Shown: positions 45,211-57,115 of the stretch, in pieces
Layout of the letters: the number at the start of each line of letters is the position of its first letter
Position numbering within the stretch: the first letter of the stretch is position 1
DNA from: Picochlorum sp. SENEW3
Taxonomy: Eukaryota
Assembly (NCBI GenBank): GCA_034226945.1
Contig: CP120458.1
Coordinates: forward strand, 806,001-870,000
DNA: 64,000 bases
Direction of reading: 5' to 3'
Notes under the pieces: generated by a model
Databases searched by the model: none
Told to the model about the DNA's origin: nothing
Seen by the model: only the letters and a program-made list of their open reading frames with translations
Made by a program: the position numbers and the translations under genes

Positions 45211-47379
45211 ATGCTCCTCCACCTCTGTAGACATTTGATACGAGAAAGAAAAGCTTTTATATCCACACGATGCAATCACAGCAGGTGGTGGTGGTCGTCG
45301 TCATCGAGTAGACATTTCCATGAAACATGTCTGCCTGTATTCCGGCGTTGCTTTTCCTCAAAGGACACGGGGCTGTTTACGACGGAAGATGTGCAACAAA
45401 ATCCTGACGATGTCTGTGCTGCAGGAGCATTTCCGTATACGAGAGGCCCATATAAAGACATGTACGTCAAACGACCATGGACTATTCGGCAATATGCAGG
45501 GTTTTCCTCGGCAGAGGAGTCGAATGCGTTCTACAAGAGAAATTTAGAGAAAGGACAGCATGGTTTGAGTGTCGCATTCGATTTGCCGACGCATCGAGGT
45601 TACGATAGTGACAATCCCATTGCGACTGGGGATGTGGGGCTTGCTGGTGTCCCTGTTGATACGGTGGAGGATGTCAAAATACTGTTTGATGGGATCCCTT
45701 TGGATACCATGAGTGTGAGTATGACCATGAATGGGGCCGTGTTGCCCATTATGGCGTATTACATTGTGGCTGCAGAGGAGCAAGGTGTGAAGGACTTGAG
45801 TTGTTTACAGGGGACGATTCAGAACGACATATTGAAGGAGTTTATGGTTCGGAATACGTATATTTATCCTCCAAAAGAATCATTGGAAGTGACGTCGCAT
45901 GTGATTGAGTATTGTGCAGAGCATATGCCAAAGTTTCACCCAATATCGATATCAGGGTACCACATGCAAGAAGCTGGTGCGACACCAGCGTTGGAGCTGG
46001 CGTATACGCTGGCGAATGGACTCGAATATCTGAATTTAATGCCAGAGAGGGTGGATGATGTGGCTCCGAAAGTGTCGTTTTTCTTTGGGTTGGGGATGAA
46101 CTTTTTCAGCGAGGTGGCCAAACTGAGGGCTGCTCGTCGGATGTGGGCAAAGCTCGTCAAGGAGCGGTTTTCTCCCAAGAATCCCAAGTCTATGGTGATG
46201 CGAATGCACTGTCAAACGTCTGGGTACTCTTTGACGGCGCAGCAGCCATATAATAACATTATCCGGACGACAATAGAGGCGATGAGTGGGATTTTTGGGG
46301 GTACACAATCACTGCATACGAATTCTTTTGATGAAGCGGTGGCTCTGCCGACAGAGTTTTCGGCCGATCTTGCTCGTGCGACGCAGCTTATTTTAATGGA
46401 GGAAACAGGGTTTACGGATGTGATTGATCCGCTAGGCGGGTCGTACTATGTTGAGCACTTGACTGATGCACTCGAGCATGAAGCCATGGAAATCATCAAG
46501 CACGTCACAGAGATGGGCGGGATGACGGAAGCGATTCTCGCAGGGATTCCCCAGAGGCGAATAGAGGAGAGCGCGATTGTGAAACAGGCTCGTATTGATA
46601 GTGGAAAGGATGTGATTGTTGGTCTCAACACGTTTTCGACAGGACATGATGACCATCATCACGCGGTTGAAGCGAGACGAATTGATAATGAAAAGGCTTT
46701 GAAAACACAACTTGAACGATTGAAAAAGGTCAAGAGCTCTAGAAATGATGTGCGCGTGAAAGAGTGCCTCAAAGATTTGGAAGAGAAGAAGGGCAACCTG
46801 TTGGAACTTTCTATTCGTGCTGCACGAGAACGAGCAACGGTTGAAGAAATAACAAATGCATTAGAGAAATCATGGGGTAGGTATGAGGCCAAATCATCCA
46901 TTGCGACAGGAATGTATAGCAAGATCAACGCTGGTGAGATGACCACGCAGATTGAAGACTTTGAGCGAGAACATGGCAGACGTCCGAGGATTTTGATTGC
47001 GAAAATGGGTCTCGATGGCCACGATCGTGGAGCCAAAGTGATGGCTTCGGGACTTGCTGATATTGGGTTTGATGTTGACATTGGGCCTCTGTTCATGTCT
47101 CCCAAGGATGTGGCACAACATGCTATTGATGCCGATGTGCACATTATTGGCATTTCTACACAAGCTGCTGCCCACCGGACAATGATTCCTGAACTCATGG
47201 AAGAATTACGTCGCCTCGTCCCAGACGATGAGGATGTACCAATTGTTGTATGCGGCGGCATTATTCCCGAGGAAGACCACCACGACTTGTTCAAGCATGG
47301 GGTCAAGGCCATGTTTGGTCCAGGAACAACAGTCCCACAGGCTGCTTCAGATCTCGTTCATCTGTTGCAATCCCAATAA
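45211..47379 (+). CDS. MUT: Methylmalonyl-CoA mutase, mitochondrial, adenosylcobalamin-dependent
   Basis: RPWTIRQYAGF, GTIQNDILKEF, SISGYH, QSLHTNSFDEA, B12-binding DGHDRG; presequence. Confidence 0.97.
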   Translation: MLLHLCRHLIRERKAFISTRCNHSRWWWSSSSSRHFHETCLPVFRRCFSSKDTGLFTTEDVQQNPDDVCAAGAFPYTRGPYKDMYVKRPWTIRQYAGFSSAEESNAFYKRNLEKGQHGLSVAFDLPTHRGYDSDNPIATGDVGLAGVPVDTVEDVKILFDGIPLDTMSVSMTMNGAVLPIMAYYIVAAEEQGVKDLSCLQGTIQNDILKEFMVRNTYIYPPKESLEVTSHVIEYCAEHMPKFHPISISGYHMQEAGATPALELAYTLANGLEYLNLMPERVDDVAPKVSFFFGLGMNFFSEVAKLRAARRMWAKLVKERFSPKNPKSMVMRMHCQTSGYSLTAQQPYNNIIRTTIEAMSGIFGGTQSLHTNSFDEAVALPTEFSADLARATQLILMEETGFTDVIDPLGGSYYVEHLTDALEHEAMEIIKHVTEMGGMTEAILAGIPQRRIEESAIVKQARIDSGKDVIVGLNTFSTGHDDHHHAVEARRIDNEKALKTQLERLKKVKSSRNDVRVKECLKDLEEKKGNLLELSIRAARERATVEEITNALEKSWGRYEAKSSIATGMYSKINAGEMTTQIEDFEREHGRRPRILIAKMGLDGHDRGAKVMASGLADIGFDVDIGPLFMSPKDVAQHAIDADVHIIGISTQAAAHRTMIPELMEELRRLVPDDEDVPIVVCGGIIPEEDHHDLFKHGVKAMFGPGTTVPQAASDLVHLLQSQ

Positions 47380-47402
47380 AAATATTTATCATTATTTGAA
47401 AA

Positions 47403-48164
47403 ATGAATATACCACCATACTTTCCTGATTATAGATTAATAGCTCCGGTGACGTTGCCAACGAATGCAAACAATGTGCATCACTTTGCCAACCTGACTAA
47501 TGGACTCGAAGCACTGCCACTTTTGAAATCTATAGACGTGCCAATCCATTTTTGCAGACTTCAAAGTACGCAATGTGAGGCGAGTCGACCAGATTTGCTC
47601 ATCTCGGCGGTGGAGTCGGGAATGCTCCTCTACCTGGCCCTGGGTGAGTGCTGTCTGGTGTACGACTTTGGCAGTCGAAATAAAGAGACGGGGGCCTCGA
47701 GGGCCATTTGGTATGGCCTTGAATTCTTACGCTTTACATTACGGAGAGTATGGTATCCAGAGGCATCTAAAGGTGATGTCGCGTATCTCCGCGGTAGAAA
47801 CGTCAGCAGGATGTTTAACGAGATTATAGATTCGTTCAGCAAGGCCACCATGAGGCAGATTAAATATTATAGACAGTTCACCTCTCCTGAAAAGACGACG
47901 GATGTTCAACTTTATGGAGTATACAATGCGACATCAAACGATTCTGACCATGAATATTATCAGAAGATTGCATGGGGATTCAAGGACTTGCCAATTGGCG
48001 AGCATCGCGAACAGTTTCGGCAAGCTCTTGCCCTAGGCATCCCATTCGATGAAACATATACTCGTGATGCATGCCATCCAGTAGAACGTGTTTTAGGCAT
48101 GCGCCTCTTTCTAGGAGGTCTATCGCAGGAGAAGTATTTACAATTCAATGGAATGATCAACTAA
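47403..48164 (+). CDS. Hypothetical protein
   Basis: 253-aa intronless ORF with motif-like blocks NLTNGLE, RLQSTQCE, YDFGSR, RAIWYG; family not recognised. Confidence 0.6.
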   Translation: MNIPPYFPDYRLIAPVTLPTNANNVHHFANLTNGLEALPLLKSIDVPIHFCRLQSTQCEASRPDLLISAVESGMLLYLALGECCLVYDFGSRNKETGASRAIWYGLEFLRFTLRRVWYPEASKGDVAYLRGRNVSRMFNEIIDSFSKATMRQIKYYRQFTSPEKTTDVQLYGVYNATSNDSDHEYYQKIAWGFKDLPIGEHREQFRQALALGIPFDETYTRDACHPVERVLGMRLFLGGLSQEKYLQFNGMIN

Positions 48165-49064
48165 ATTTGCACCATCATACTCGTGTGTAAACACATTGCG
48201 TTGCCTTCCTCCATATAATACAATAAACACCACCTTTCGCAGCACAAATACTACGACAATAGCTACAATACACGCTATGAGGAAACTTGACACCGAGTCG
48301 GCAGGCGCGTGGGCAACACTCAAATTCGTGCCATTGGTGGAGGGAGGCACTGCCGTTGGATTGCTTGTGTCTTGTTGAGCTTCTTCTTCGACTTCTTCTT
48401 TATTTTCTTCGTCTAATGCTGTGGATGTCTGAGATGCATATAATGCTCTCGACGCCTCTTCATTCGACACCATCTTTTGGTGAATCTGGTCTATAATCTC
48501 CTGCCGATCAGAACACCCAGCCTGCATGCGAGGTGGTCCCTGCAACCGAGATTCCAACGCCATCTCCCGCCTATCCTCAGCACTCGAATCCATAGACCCA
48601 ATAGCACCATTCCCAGGAGTCTGCATAAAAGCTATCAGTGCCAACAAGGCACTCTCTACATTCCACGATGGCTGCCAGGACTCTGGGTGGTGAGAAGAAA
48701 TCGACAAGCAAATCTTCTTCCCCGTCTCAAACCGACCACTCGGTGTCATCATAACAAACGCTGGTGGATTGAAAGGATAATCTGCTGGCATCAGTATCCT
48801 TCCATGATAAATACCCCGCTCAAATTCGGTACCCCAGGCTCCACGAATCGCAAAAAACCATTCGAAAATGTTCGACTCTAACGCTGACGCCTCAATATCA
48901 GGATTTTCACTCTCGTGAATCTCTTTCAACTCTCTCATAATTCTTTTCACTGCAGCATTCCTTCCATTCCACTTGCCTGGACCATTCGTAGAAGGAACGT
49001 GTTCACCACTCGTCTGTGTCGAATCCCTGCCGCTCGTACTGCTACTACCACCACTTGGCTCCAT
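48138..49064 (-). CDS. ER ubiquitin-conjugating enzyme E2 J1/UBC6-type
   Basis: KRIMRE, YPFNPP, TPSGRF, catalytic ICLSISSHHPESWQPSW, C-terminal TM. Confidence 0.93.
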   Translation of the reverse strand: MEPSGGSSSTSGRDSTQTSGEHVPSTNGPGKWNGRNAAVKRIMRELKEIHESENPDIEASALESNIFEWFFAIRGAWGTEFERGIYHGRILMPADYPFNPPAFVMMTPSGRFETGKKICLSISSHHPESWQPSWNVESALLALIAFMQTPGNGAIGSMDSSAEDRREMALESRLQGPPRMQAGCSDRQEIIDQIHQKMVSNEEASRALYASQTSTALDEENKEEVEEEAQQDTSNPTAVPPSTNGTNLSVAHAPADSVSSFLIACIVAIVVVFVLRKVVFIVLYGGRQRNVFTHEYDGANLVDHSIEL

Positions 49065-49108
49065 TCTTTTTGTATCTATTCAGCAAAAGATTCAAGAATA
49101 TCAAATTT

Positions 49109-50011
49109 TTACTGGTGAGTATCAAATTCAAGAGGATATAGAAGGTGAAATGCCCATGTGTCCAGCACGTGTGTGCTTCCATACCAAGGTCGCTTGGGCC
49201 GAGTTCCATGCCACACCCCTGGCAGAATTATATTGTCATGGGCTTTTTCCAACAATGCGATGCACACCGGGGTCACAGAATCACCAGTCACGGATCCATC
49301 ACCACACACAGCCTTGTAGGCCTGGTATGCGAGGACATTGTCGAGATTCCTGAGGTTGGGAGACAGCGTCTTTTCACCTTGAATAGCATCTCCGGCAACA
49401 CACACAATTCTAACGCCCTCAAATTCGTCCCCCCGGGGATAGAAATAATTACAAAACTGCAAACTAGACTGCTTTTCTAATCTTATGGACGGCGGAAGGT
49501 CCAGCTTTTCGTCAAACCTGCCGAAAGGGTAGCCCTCTATGCTCTTGTGAGGTGTCCCAAGGGTGATGAGACTGCAGACTTTGCCACAGTTTTTCACACC
49601 ATAGTCCTTCTGCTGGTATGGAGCACTGCCCAGAAACAGTCGACCAATCCATCCACCAGCTGAATGTCCTACTAATCGTACTGGTACGTCACCTCCATGC
49701 GTCTCGAACACGTCCGTGACCACCTCCTCCAACCTGTCCAGGTAGACGGTCATGTCTCCCCCCAAAATCACCTTGATCCAGTCCCTCAACGAAAACTTGA
49801 CGATTCGAATATCGCTCGTGCACGCATCATCCGTATACTGATGAATCCATGTATTTAGATTAGTCGCCAAGGACGCATACGATGCATCTGTGTTCAAAAA
49901 CCCTGGCAAGATGACAATTGGCACTACCCCCCTTGGCATGCTGCTCCTCGTCCTCGACTGTTGCCGAGGAAGAGAAGAGCTGCAGCACCGCAGACTGCAT
50001 CTCAATATCAT
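49109..50011 (-). CDS. Alpha/beta hydrolase (PGAP1/lipase-like), probably plastid
   Basis: ILPGF, nucleophile elbow GHSAGG, LITLGTPH, GDSVTP, WYGS. Confidence 0.85.
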   Translation of the reverse strand: MILRCSLRCCSSSLPRQQSRTRSSMPRGVVPIVILPGFLNTDASYASLATNLNTWIHQYTDDACTSDIRIVKFSLRDWIKVILGGDMTVYLDRLEEVVTDVFETHGGDVPVRLVGHSAGGWIGRLFLGSAPYQQKDYGVKNCGKVCSLITLGTPHKSIEGYPFGRFDEKLDLPPSIRLEKQSSLQFCNYFYPRGDEFEGVRIVCVAGDAIQGEKTLSPNLRNLDNVLAYQAYKAVCGDGSVTGDSVTPVCIALLEKAHDNIILPGVWHGTRPKRPWYGSTHVLDTWAFHLLYPLEFDTHQ

Positions 50012-50219
50012 TAGTACTTCACTACTACTACTGCTGCTGCTGATGATATCATGTATGCTTTTGTTTTCTATCCACCATCACCTGTACGATGATGCCACGT
50101 TTGAACAACAGCATTTTTTCTTCTTACTTTTTAAGGAAATTCTCGACAAGATCGTTTGCTCAGAGAAAGAAAACCCCAATCTGTAGAAAGAAGAAAACAT
50201 TGATTGAAAAAAAAACAGG

Positions 50220-50991
50220 ATGGCTGCACCAAGCAGCAGTGACCCGTTCTACGTTGTCAAAGAGGAGGTGAATGACACGGTATGTCAAAGTCGTTAGTAG
50301 TATTGCTATGCAGTCCCTTCTGATTCCAACGAATCACAACGAGACAAATGAGTGTAACTCATGTATTTATATTGTGTTGTAGTTGAAGACAGCGGAGCGA
50401 AAGTATCGACAATGTAAAGTGTCCGGTTCAGCCACTGTCCTGGAGGAGTTGAAGGATGATGTGGAAGGGTTGCGATATATGCTGCAGGAAATTAAGCGAT
50501 CAGTTGATACTGCGTCCAAGAATCCGAATCGCTTTCGGTTGACGAATGCAGAGATTCATGATAGAAAGGCATGGATGGATCATGTTGGTCAACGGGTGGA
50601 GCAGTTGTCTTCCAATATCTGGACAATCTCACAGCGCAGTCGTGTCTCACCGTACGGAGAAACGCGTGATGTAGAGAATGATAGATTTATAGAGACTGAG
50701 ATGAGCCATCAGGAGCAGATAGTTGCGCGGCAGGACCAAGATTTGGATGTGCTGGGGGATCATGTGCTTCGAATAGGTGAATTAGGGAGGGAAATGGGGC
50801 AAGAATTGGATGTCCAAGGGCAGTTGCTTGATGATTTCGGGTATGAGATGCAGGGCACGCAGACCAGATTGGCTGCTGCGCAGCGAAAGGTTCAGTATGT
50901 GTTGGATCGAGCGGGAGTCAAGGGCCAGCTTGCCATCATTGCCATCCTGGTCGTCGTGCTTGTTGTATTGATGGTACTGATCATCTCATAA
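50220..50991 (+). CDS. SYP61: Syntaxin-6/SYP61 Qc-SNARE, 1 intron
   Basis: DPFYVVKEEV, NPNRFRLT..EI..RK, SNARE motif QDQDLD...ELDVQGQLLD, C-terminal TM. Confidence 0.9.
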
Positions 50992-51047
50992 GGATGATAA
51001 ATATATTATTATAGATATATAATTATTGTGAAGACAGATTGACAAGA

Positions 51048-51753
51048 ATGAACGCGTGCAGGTACGGATATATGTGAACGTGTGGCCATCGCTGCTGGTT
51101 TGATCCGCAGCATCTCGTGACCCTCGTATAACGCGCATTTTGATTGATTTTGCAATTACAGGGCCTTGAATAAAACATCTTTTGTCGCCGCCGCCCCAGT
51201 GCGTGCCAAGGCATCGACCGTCACAAGCACCAACAGGCGCTCCTTGCGTTTGACAGTGGTTGCTGCCAAGGGAAAGCAGAGAATGAGACGTGGTCAGGGA
51301 AATTCCGGCATGGCGATGCCTTCTGTTCCAACACCACCAGTAGACCCAGACAATGTGGAGTTTGTGATTTTCGTACGATCGAAAAAATTGCTGCAGTGGA
51401 TGCCTCTCTCTGTGATGAAGGGGGGAGGGCCAGCAAATATGTTGGTCAAGGCCATGGAGAATGACTTGGGGAAGAAAATGTACGGAAATACATTGGTAGA
51501 GAATGTTGGAAATGCAATTTACAAGGATAAGGACGCGATTGAGCGTAGCATTAGAGCCCAGTTCCCAATGTTCAAAGCCACGCAGGAGTTTGAGTATGGC
51601 TTCAAAATCAGAGATAAGGAAGACCCCAAGTCGTGGTATTTGGCAAAGGATATTCAGGTGATTCCACCTGCCTCTGAGCTCGGAAATACTCCAATTGACA
51701 AAGTGAATAGCTTCTTCCAAGATATGGGAAAGAACCTGGGTCTTGGAAACTAA
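51048..51753 (+). CDS. HHL1: HHL1 (hypersensitive to high light 1)-like plastid protein, 1 intron
   Basis: FVIFVR, WMPLSVMKGG..A.MLV, N...AIYKD, EFEYGFK; transit peptide. Confidence 0.8.
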
Positions 51754-52092
51754 CAAACATGTAACTCAACATTCTTTTGATGTGTCAATGGATACAAGTA
51801 CAATCATTCAAACTATTTTCGCATTGATCCATGGCAGGGTGCCCGACACGGTGGTCATCACCAGGTGAGGAGCATCCCAGTCTGCAAGATTGCATGCAGG
51901 CCTGCATGAGACGAGGTCATGCGAGTCGTTTTGGTGCAGAAATAAAACTTTATTTTGATATAACATCACATAGTACATAGTAAAATATGGGATTAAGAAA
52001 ATACGGATTTATTATTCGGTACGTTGCGATGTTTATTTCAACCCGACTTTTGCGTGATTCTCTGACACGGTGTCGATTTTTGTCTTCCTGCA

Positions 52093-52638
52093 GCACGGCG
52101 GAGGATGCCGAGTATCTGGTATGTGAATTGGTATATTTGATTTAATGTATTGCTGGTTTTCCGTTCGTCGACGACCAAGGGTTGAAAGAAATACTATCTC
52201 TTTCCCGCGTTGACTTGCTGACTCCCTCTCGATGTTTCTTACCCACTATCAGTGTCCACTCTCATCCACAATACCAATATTTTGCAGCTTCAAATGTTAT
52301 TAGATCTCAACGAGTCCGAGAACAAGTTCTGGAAGACAAAGGACCGGATCTACGATACCGGATCGGAGCCGGTACACTATAACACTTTCTTGAACTTCAA
52401 AGAGTATACATACGTATCTATCGGTGCAGGCGGTGGTAATGCAACTGATTGGATCGAAAACTATTACAAGACGCATGGAAAGGCGTTGGAGACGTACTAC
52501 CCGTGGGAAAACCCAGCGTGGTGTGTCGAGCCAGAGGGTCGTGGCTTGGACGGGCTTGCATGCGACGAGGAGGTGAAGAAGTCACTCTGCTCGATCAAAA
52601 ATATGTTAGACTATCGAAAAGTCTGGCAGCTTCATTAG
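52093..52638 (+). pseudogene. Orphan 3' gene fragment (two exons, no start) of unknown family
   Basis: cag|...|gtatgt micro-exon and tttgcag acceptor before a ~115-codon open frame; no upstream exons seen. Confidence 0.4.
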
Positions 52639-53060
52639 AGTGGTAGTCTCATGCCTATAGCAGTGCGTTACTCCTCTTGTAACTACATTGGATTATAGTG
52701 CAATGGAGTGATAACGCTATCTATAGATCTGTGTTCCTTGTTCAGGTGGAACTTCTTCATCTAAAATTCGTGTTTTGCTCATGCCGATGGCATGATTATG
52801 TTTAGCAGTGATACATCCAGGTTTGGATCGAGTACCGTCTTCTTTCGGAAAGAATCTTTCAAGGTGGATTTTCGAAATCTCGAGCAGTTTTGAACCTGAA
52901 TTCAGTTTTAGCCTGTCTTTCGCTTTTTGTCTTTTGTGTCCTTGTCTTTTCTTTCAATAATAATATACAAGCGCGATGTAATTTTGGAAAACATGTTCGG
53001 TTTTCGAGATACGATCAGAGGTTTTTAAACCCTCTTTGGGCTTGTTTAGTCCTTGTCAAC

Positions 53061-53132
53061 ACTCCAGTGGACAACGTGAATAGCTTCTTCCAAGATAAGG
53101 GAAAGTGTCTGGGCCATGAAAACTAACATGTA
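53061..53132 (+). repeat. Diverged copy of the HHL1 3' end
   Basis: actccagtggacaacgtgaatagcttcttccaagataagggaaag...aactaacatgta versus 51688-51762. Confidence 0.8.
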
Positions 53133-53151
53133 TACATCGTACTTATTACTA

Positions 53152-54106
53152 CTATACTTTGGTGAGCTCATCAGATTTGGCCTTCATCAACGCATCAATC
53201 TGCTTGACGTAATCATCCGTGAGTTTCTGCACAACATCTTCCAAATTCTTCCTGCCATCCTCACCGATATCACCATCCTTTTCCAGTTTCTCAATTGACT
53301 TCATGGCATCGCGTCTAATATTCCTCACGGCCACCTTTCCCTCCTCTCCCATCCTACTTGTCACTTTTGTCATCTCTTTACGGCGTTCAGCAGTGAGTGG
53401 AGGCACCTGGAGGCGAATGACCTTTCCATCATTGTTGGGGGTGAGATCCAGATCAGACCCCTGGATTGCCCTCTCGATGTCTGGAATGGCACTAATATCG
53501 TATGGTTGAATGACAAGCAAAGAGGCCTCTGGTGTTGTCACATTGGCAATCTGCTGCAATGGGGTTGGTGCCCCATAGTACTCAACAACAATACGAGTCC
53601 AGCATGGAAGGACTTGCCCTTCCGGTCCTCACCGTCCCGAAATTCCTCTTGACGCTATCAAGAGACTTTTCCATCTTTTCCATCTGCACAGCAGTACATG
53701 GCATGGGGCGGGAGTGAGCATGCAGATTTGATGAATACACAGCGAGAGTTGAGGTGTGAAGACACACGTACCGTTTCCTCCTCCACAGTAAACGCAGCGT
53801 CGTCATCACCTGCTCGGACGATCCATCGCTCGTAATATAACCTACACAGCATCGACATGCATGTTGCTCGCGAATGATCTCGTCGGTACCGTATTCCGTG
53901 GCTACCCAGACCCTGCGGAGGTACCAAGGCACGTACCCTCTTTTTCCAGGCACATATGCCATTTTCCCAGATGTTTTACACAATGTGCTAGTATAGGATT
54001 GCAATCGAGCGCCTAAACACACGGTTCGGCGTGCCTGGCGAGGCATCCCACACGTGGAGGAAGCACAAGTAAAAATGGAACGATGGCTTATTGTACTCTG
54101 CATCAT
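53152..54106 (-). CDS. RRF: Plastid ribosome recycling factor (multi-exon)
   Basis: RTGRASPSMLD, IQPYD, LTPNNDG, PPLTAERRKE, VRNIRRD. Confidence 0.95.
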
Positions 54107-54638
54107 GGCAATCAAAACGACTGTGATTGCATAAATGTGGCCTCTCGGTGGCGTCATCCGACTCCATTGCACGAATACCACAGATGACCAGTGGTCAGGA
54201 GAGTGATATCATATCTCCGGTCGGCTGAATCCAAGGATCGATATGATATATATGTTATCCAACGGAGGGCCTCGTCCCCGCATCAGCAATGCTGTCCAAG
54301 ATGTCGGACATGCGACCGACCGAGACAGTATTTTATGCGAGCACGAACTCCGCTGGATCTATTGCGACGTCAACACTGGCTGGCACCAGGACTCATAGAA
54401 ACTGGATGTCGCCCTAATCACTCTCCCGCGTCCCGGCACGCGTAGATCTAGATCTCTAATTGTGTGACGCGAAACCGGGCACAATTATTTATTTGTCTTC
54501 TTTCGCTTCTCATTTCAAACTCGATTCACATTTCATTATTTGGAGGATTATGTATCCATAGTTGTATGTATAAATGTACATGATTGTGGTATATAAAACT
54601 GCCCGACTCGGGTCAAGACAGCGCTGGAGTTAGGGACA

Positions 54639-56561
54639 ATGTGCGGAATATTGGCCGCCCTAGGGGTCTCTGGAGACGCAGAAGTCAATAGAAGGGACAT
54701 TTTGAGGCTCAGTAAGCTTCTCCGCCACAGAGGGCCGGATGCAAGCGGTGTTTACCAGTCTCCGGATGGCACGGCATTGATTGCTTTTGAGCGTCTTAGC
54801 ATTATCGATCCAAGCGATTATGGAAAGTACGTCGATAAGACGATTATGTGGGTGTTCTCAATAGATCATCCATGCTGTGTCGATGACACGTATTCCAACA
54901 CCTTGTGATCTACTTGTCTTGTGCAGCCAGCCCTTCGAAATCAGGACTCCAAAAGGGGACATTGTCTGGGCCTTGTACGCGTTGTATACTCTCCTTGGGT
55001 GGTAGGATGGATGGATTGATGGGTTTAATTTCTTGTTTTTCTTCGCAGGAATTGCGAGGTATATAATCACGAGGAAATTAGATCAGCAAAGCTTGCCAGC
55101 ATCGACAATCCATCCAAATCTGATTCATCCATTGTGGGATACTTGTATGAGAAATACGGAGAATCGAATGAATTTTGGAATAGTTTAGATGGCATTTTTG
55201 CAGGTGTGATATGGGATGGGCGTGATGGAACCTTTGTTGCTGCCAGGGATGCGATTGGTATTAGCAGTTTCTACTGGGGCAAGGGATCGGACGGATCTAC
55301 ATGGTTCGCCAGTGAGATGAAGTCCTTACAGACACGGTGCGAATGGGTGGATACGTTTCCTCCTGGATATGTGTACCGGAGCAAAAGCGAGACACTTGAG
55401 AGGTGGCACAACCCAGTTTGGATGGATGAATCTTACATCGGAGATCAACCTGCCAATTTTGATGTCATTCGCCAAACATTCATCGATGCAGTGAAGAAGA
55501 GGTTAATGTCTGATGCCCCCTTGGGAGTTCTGCTGTCTGGTGGACTGGACTCTTCCCTCGTAGCATCTGTGGCAGTAAGACATATCAAAGAAACGACTAA
55601 CGCTTTTGATCCTCATCACAAGATGCACACATTCTCGATTGGAGTCGCTGGTTCCCCTGATTTGAAAGCGGCACGTAAAGTTGCTGACTTTTTGGGGACA
55701 GACCATCATGAGTTCACATTCACTGTGGAAGAGGGAATCGATGCGTTGCATGACTTGATCTGGCACATTGAGTCATACGAGAGGGTTCGATCTGGCGTGC
55801 CGATGTATCTACTTGCGAGAAAGATTAAGGCGCTTGGCATCAAGGTTGTGTTGTCCGGAGAAGGATCAGACGAGGAGCTGGGAGGGTATTTATACTTCCA
55901 CAAGGCTCCAAACGCTGTAGAATATCACAAAGAATGTGTCAGACTTGTGAAGAGGTTGTACAAATTTGATGCCATGAGGGCAAGCAAAGTGCCTTTTGCA
56001 TTCGGTGTGGAAAATCGTGTTCCATATCTTGACAAGACTTTTCTTGATCTTACGATGACGATGGATTCAAAGGAGAAGATGCCAGATCTCAGCCTAAAGC
56101 CAGATGGTGTTCATCCAAAGATGGAAAAGTATGTGCTCAGAAAGGCGTTCGACGTTCAGGAAAATCCATACCTGCCAGAAGAAGTATTGTGGCGTCAAAA
56201 GGAACAATTCAGTGATGGAGTTGGATATGATTGGGTCGATGGGTTGAAAGAGTACGCGGATAAAGTTGTCAGTGACGAGGTTTGGGAGAATAGAAAGATG
56301 CGATTCCCTGAGCACACCCCTCTGTCCAAGGAGTACTACCTGCTTAGAACAATTTTCGAAGGGCACTTCCCCCATCCAGATTCATTAAAAACTGTTCCAA
56401 AAGGTTTATCAATAGCCTGTTCGACAGAAGAAGCTACCAAGTGGGACCCCGAGTGGCAGAGCACGCATGAAATCAGTGGAAGAGCTATTTCCTCAGTGCA
56501 TGAATCATCAGCTGCAAAAAGGACCGCGGGGATTTTCACCTCGTCACCCCCAACATCCTAA
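54639..56561 (+). CDS. ASN: Glutamine-hydrolysing asparagine synthetase (multi-exon)
   Basis: MCGI, HRGPD, ERLSIID, SGGLDSS, SGEGSDE, WRQKEQFSDGVG. Confidence 0.95.
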
Positions 56562-57115
56562 GGCCTATCCATATGCTGACCGAGCAAATGAACGCAGAAA
56601 ACCTCAGACATGGAGGCATTTGCCGTGCAGATGGGCTTCTGTGTTTCCTCTCCATTCCTGCAGCTGCGACGCTTTGAAAGAAGAATCGATCCAGCCTATC
56701 CATCGATCACATCTAATGTCCACGACTCTCAAGAGAATAAGTCATTTAAGAGCAATTGCAATCAGCATGACCCGTCTTCATCGCAAGCACCACACACTTT
56801 TCGCTTCCCTGTGCGACATACACAACCGTTGCTGCTGCAGCATGGGCTCCACCCGGCGCCATCATCGTCACAACGATCGTGAACTGCCATTCGCCTGCCC
56901 GATACAGGGCTTGTTTGAAGGATATGCAACCGTCCAAATGTATAATTCGGTGGCATTCTGTTCACTCGTGGTACTCCTTGGGTATGAATGATTACAGGAC
57001 ATAGTGGTAAAAAGACGTATTATTTGAAATATGTATGTCAGTGTGCAGCAGGCTATCACACATATTCTGGGAGACCTATTTGCAGACACGAGTGCAGCAC
57101 TTGATACATCTTACT

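Noticed and set aside
50986..51756. 256-aa antisense ORF, and the many other 60-220 aa shadow ORFs in the track
   Set aside because: They lie opposite or out of frame to well-supported genes and show no recognisable motifs.
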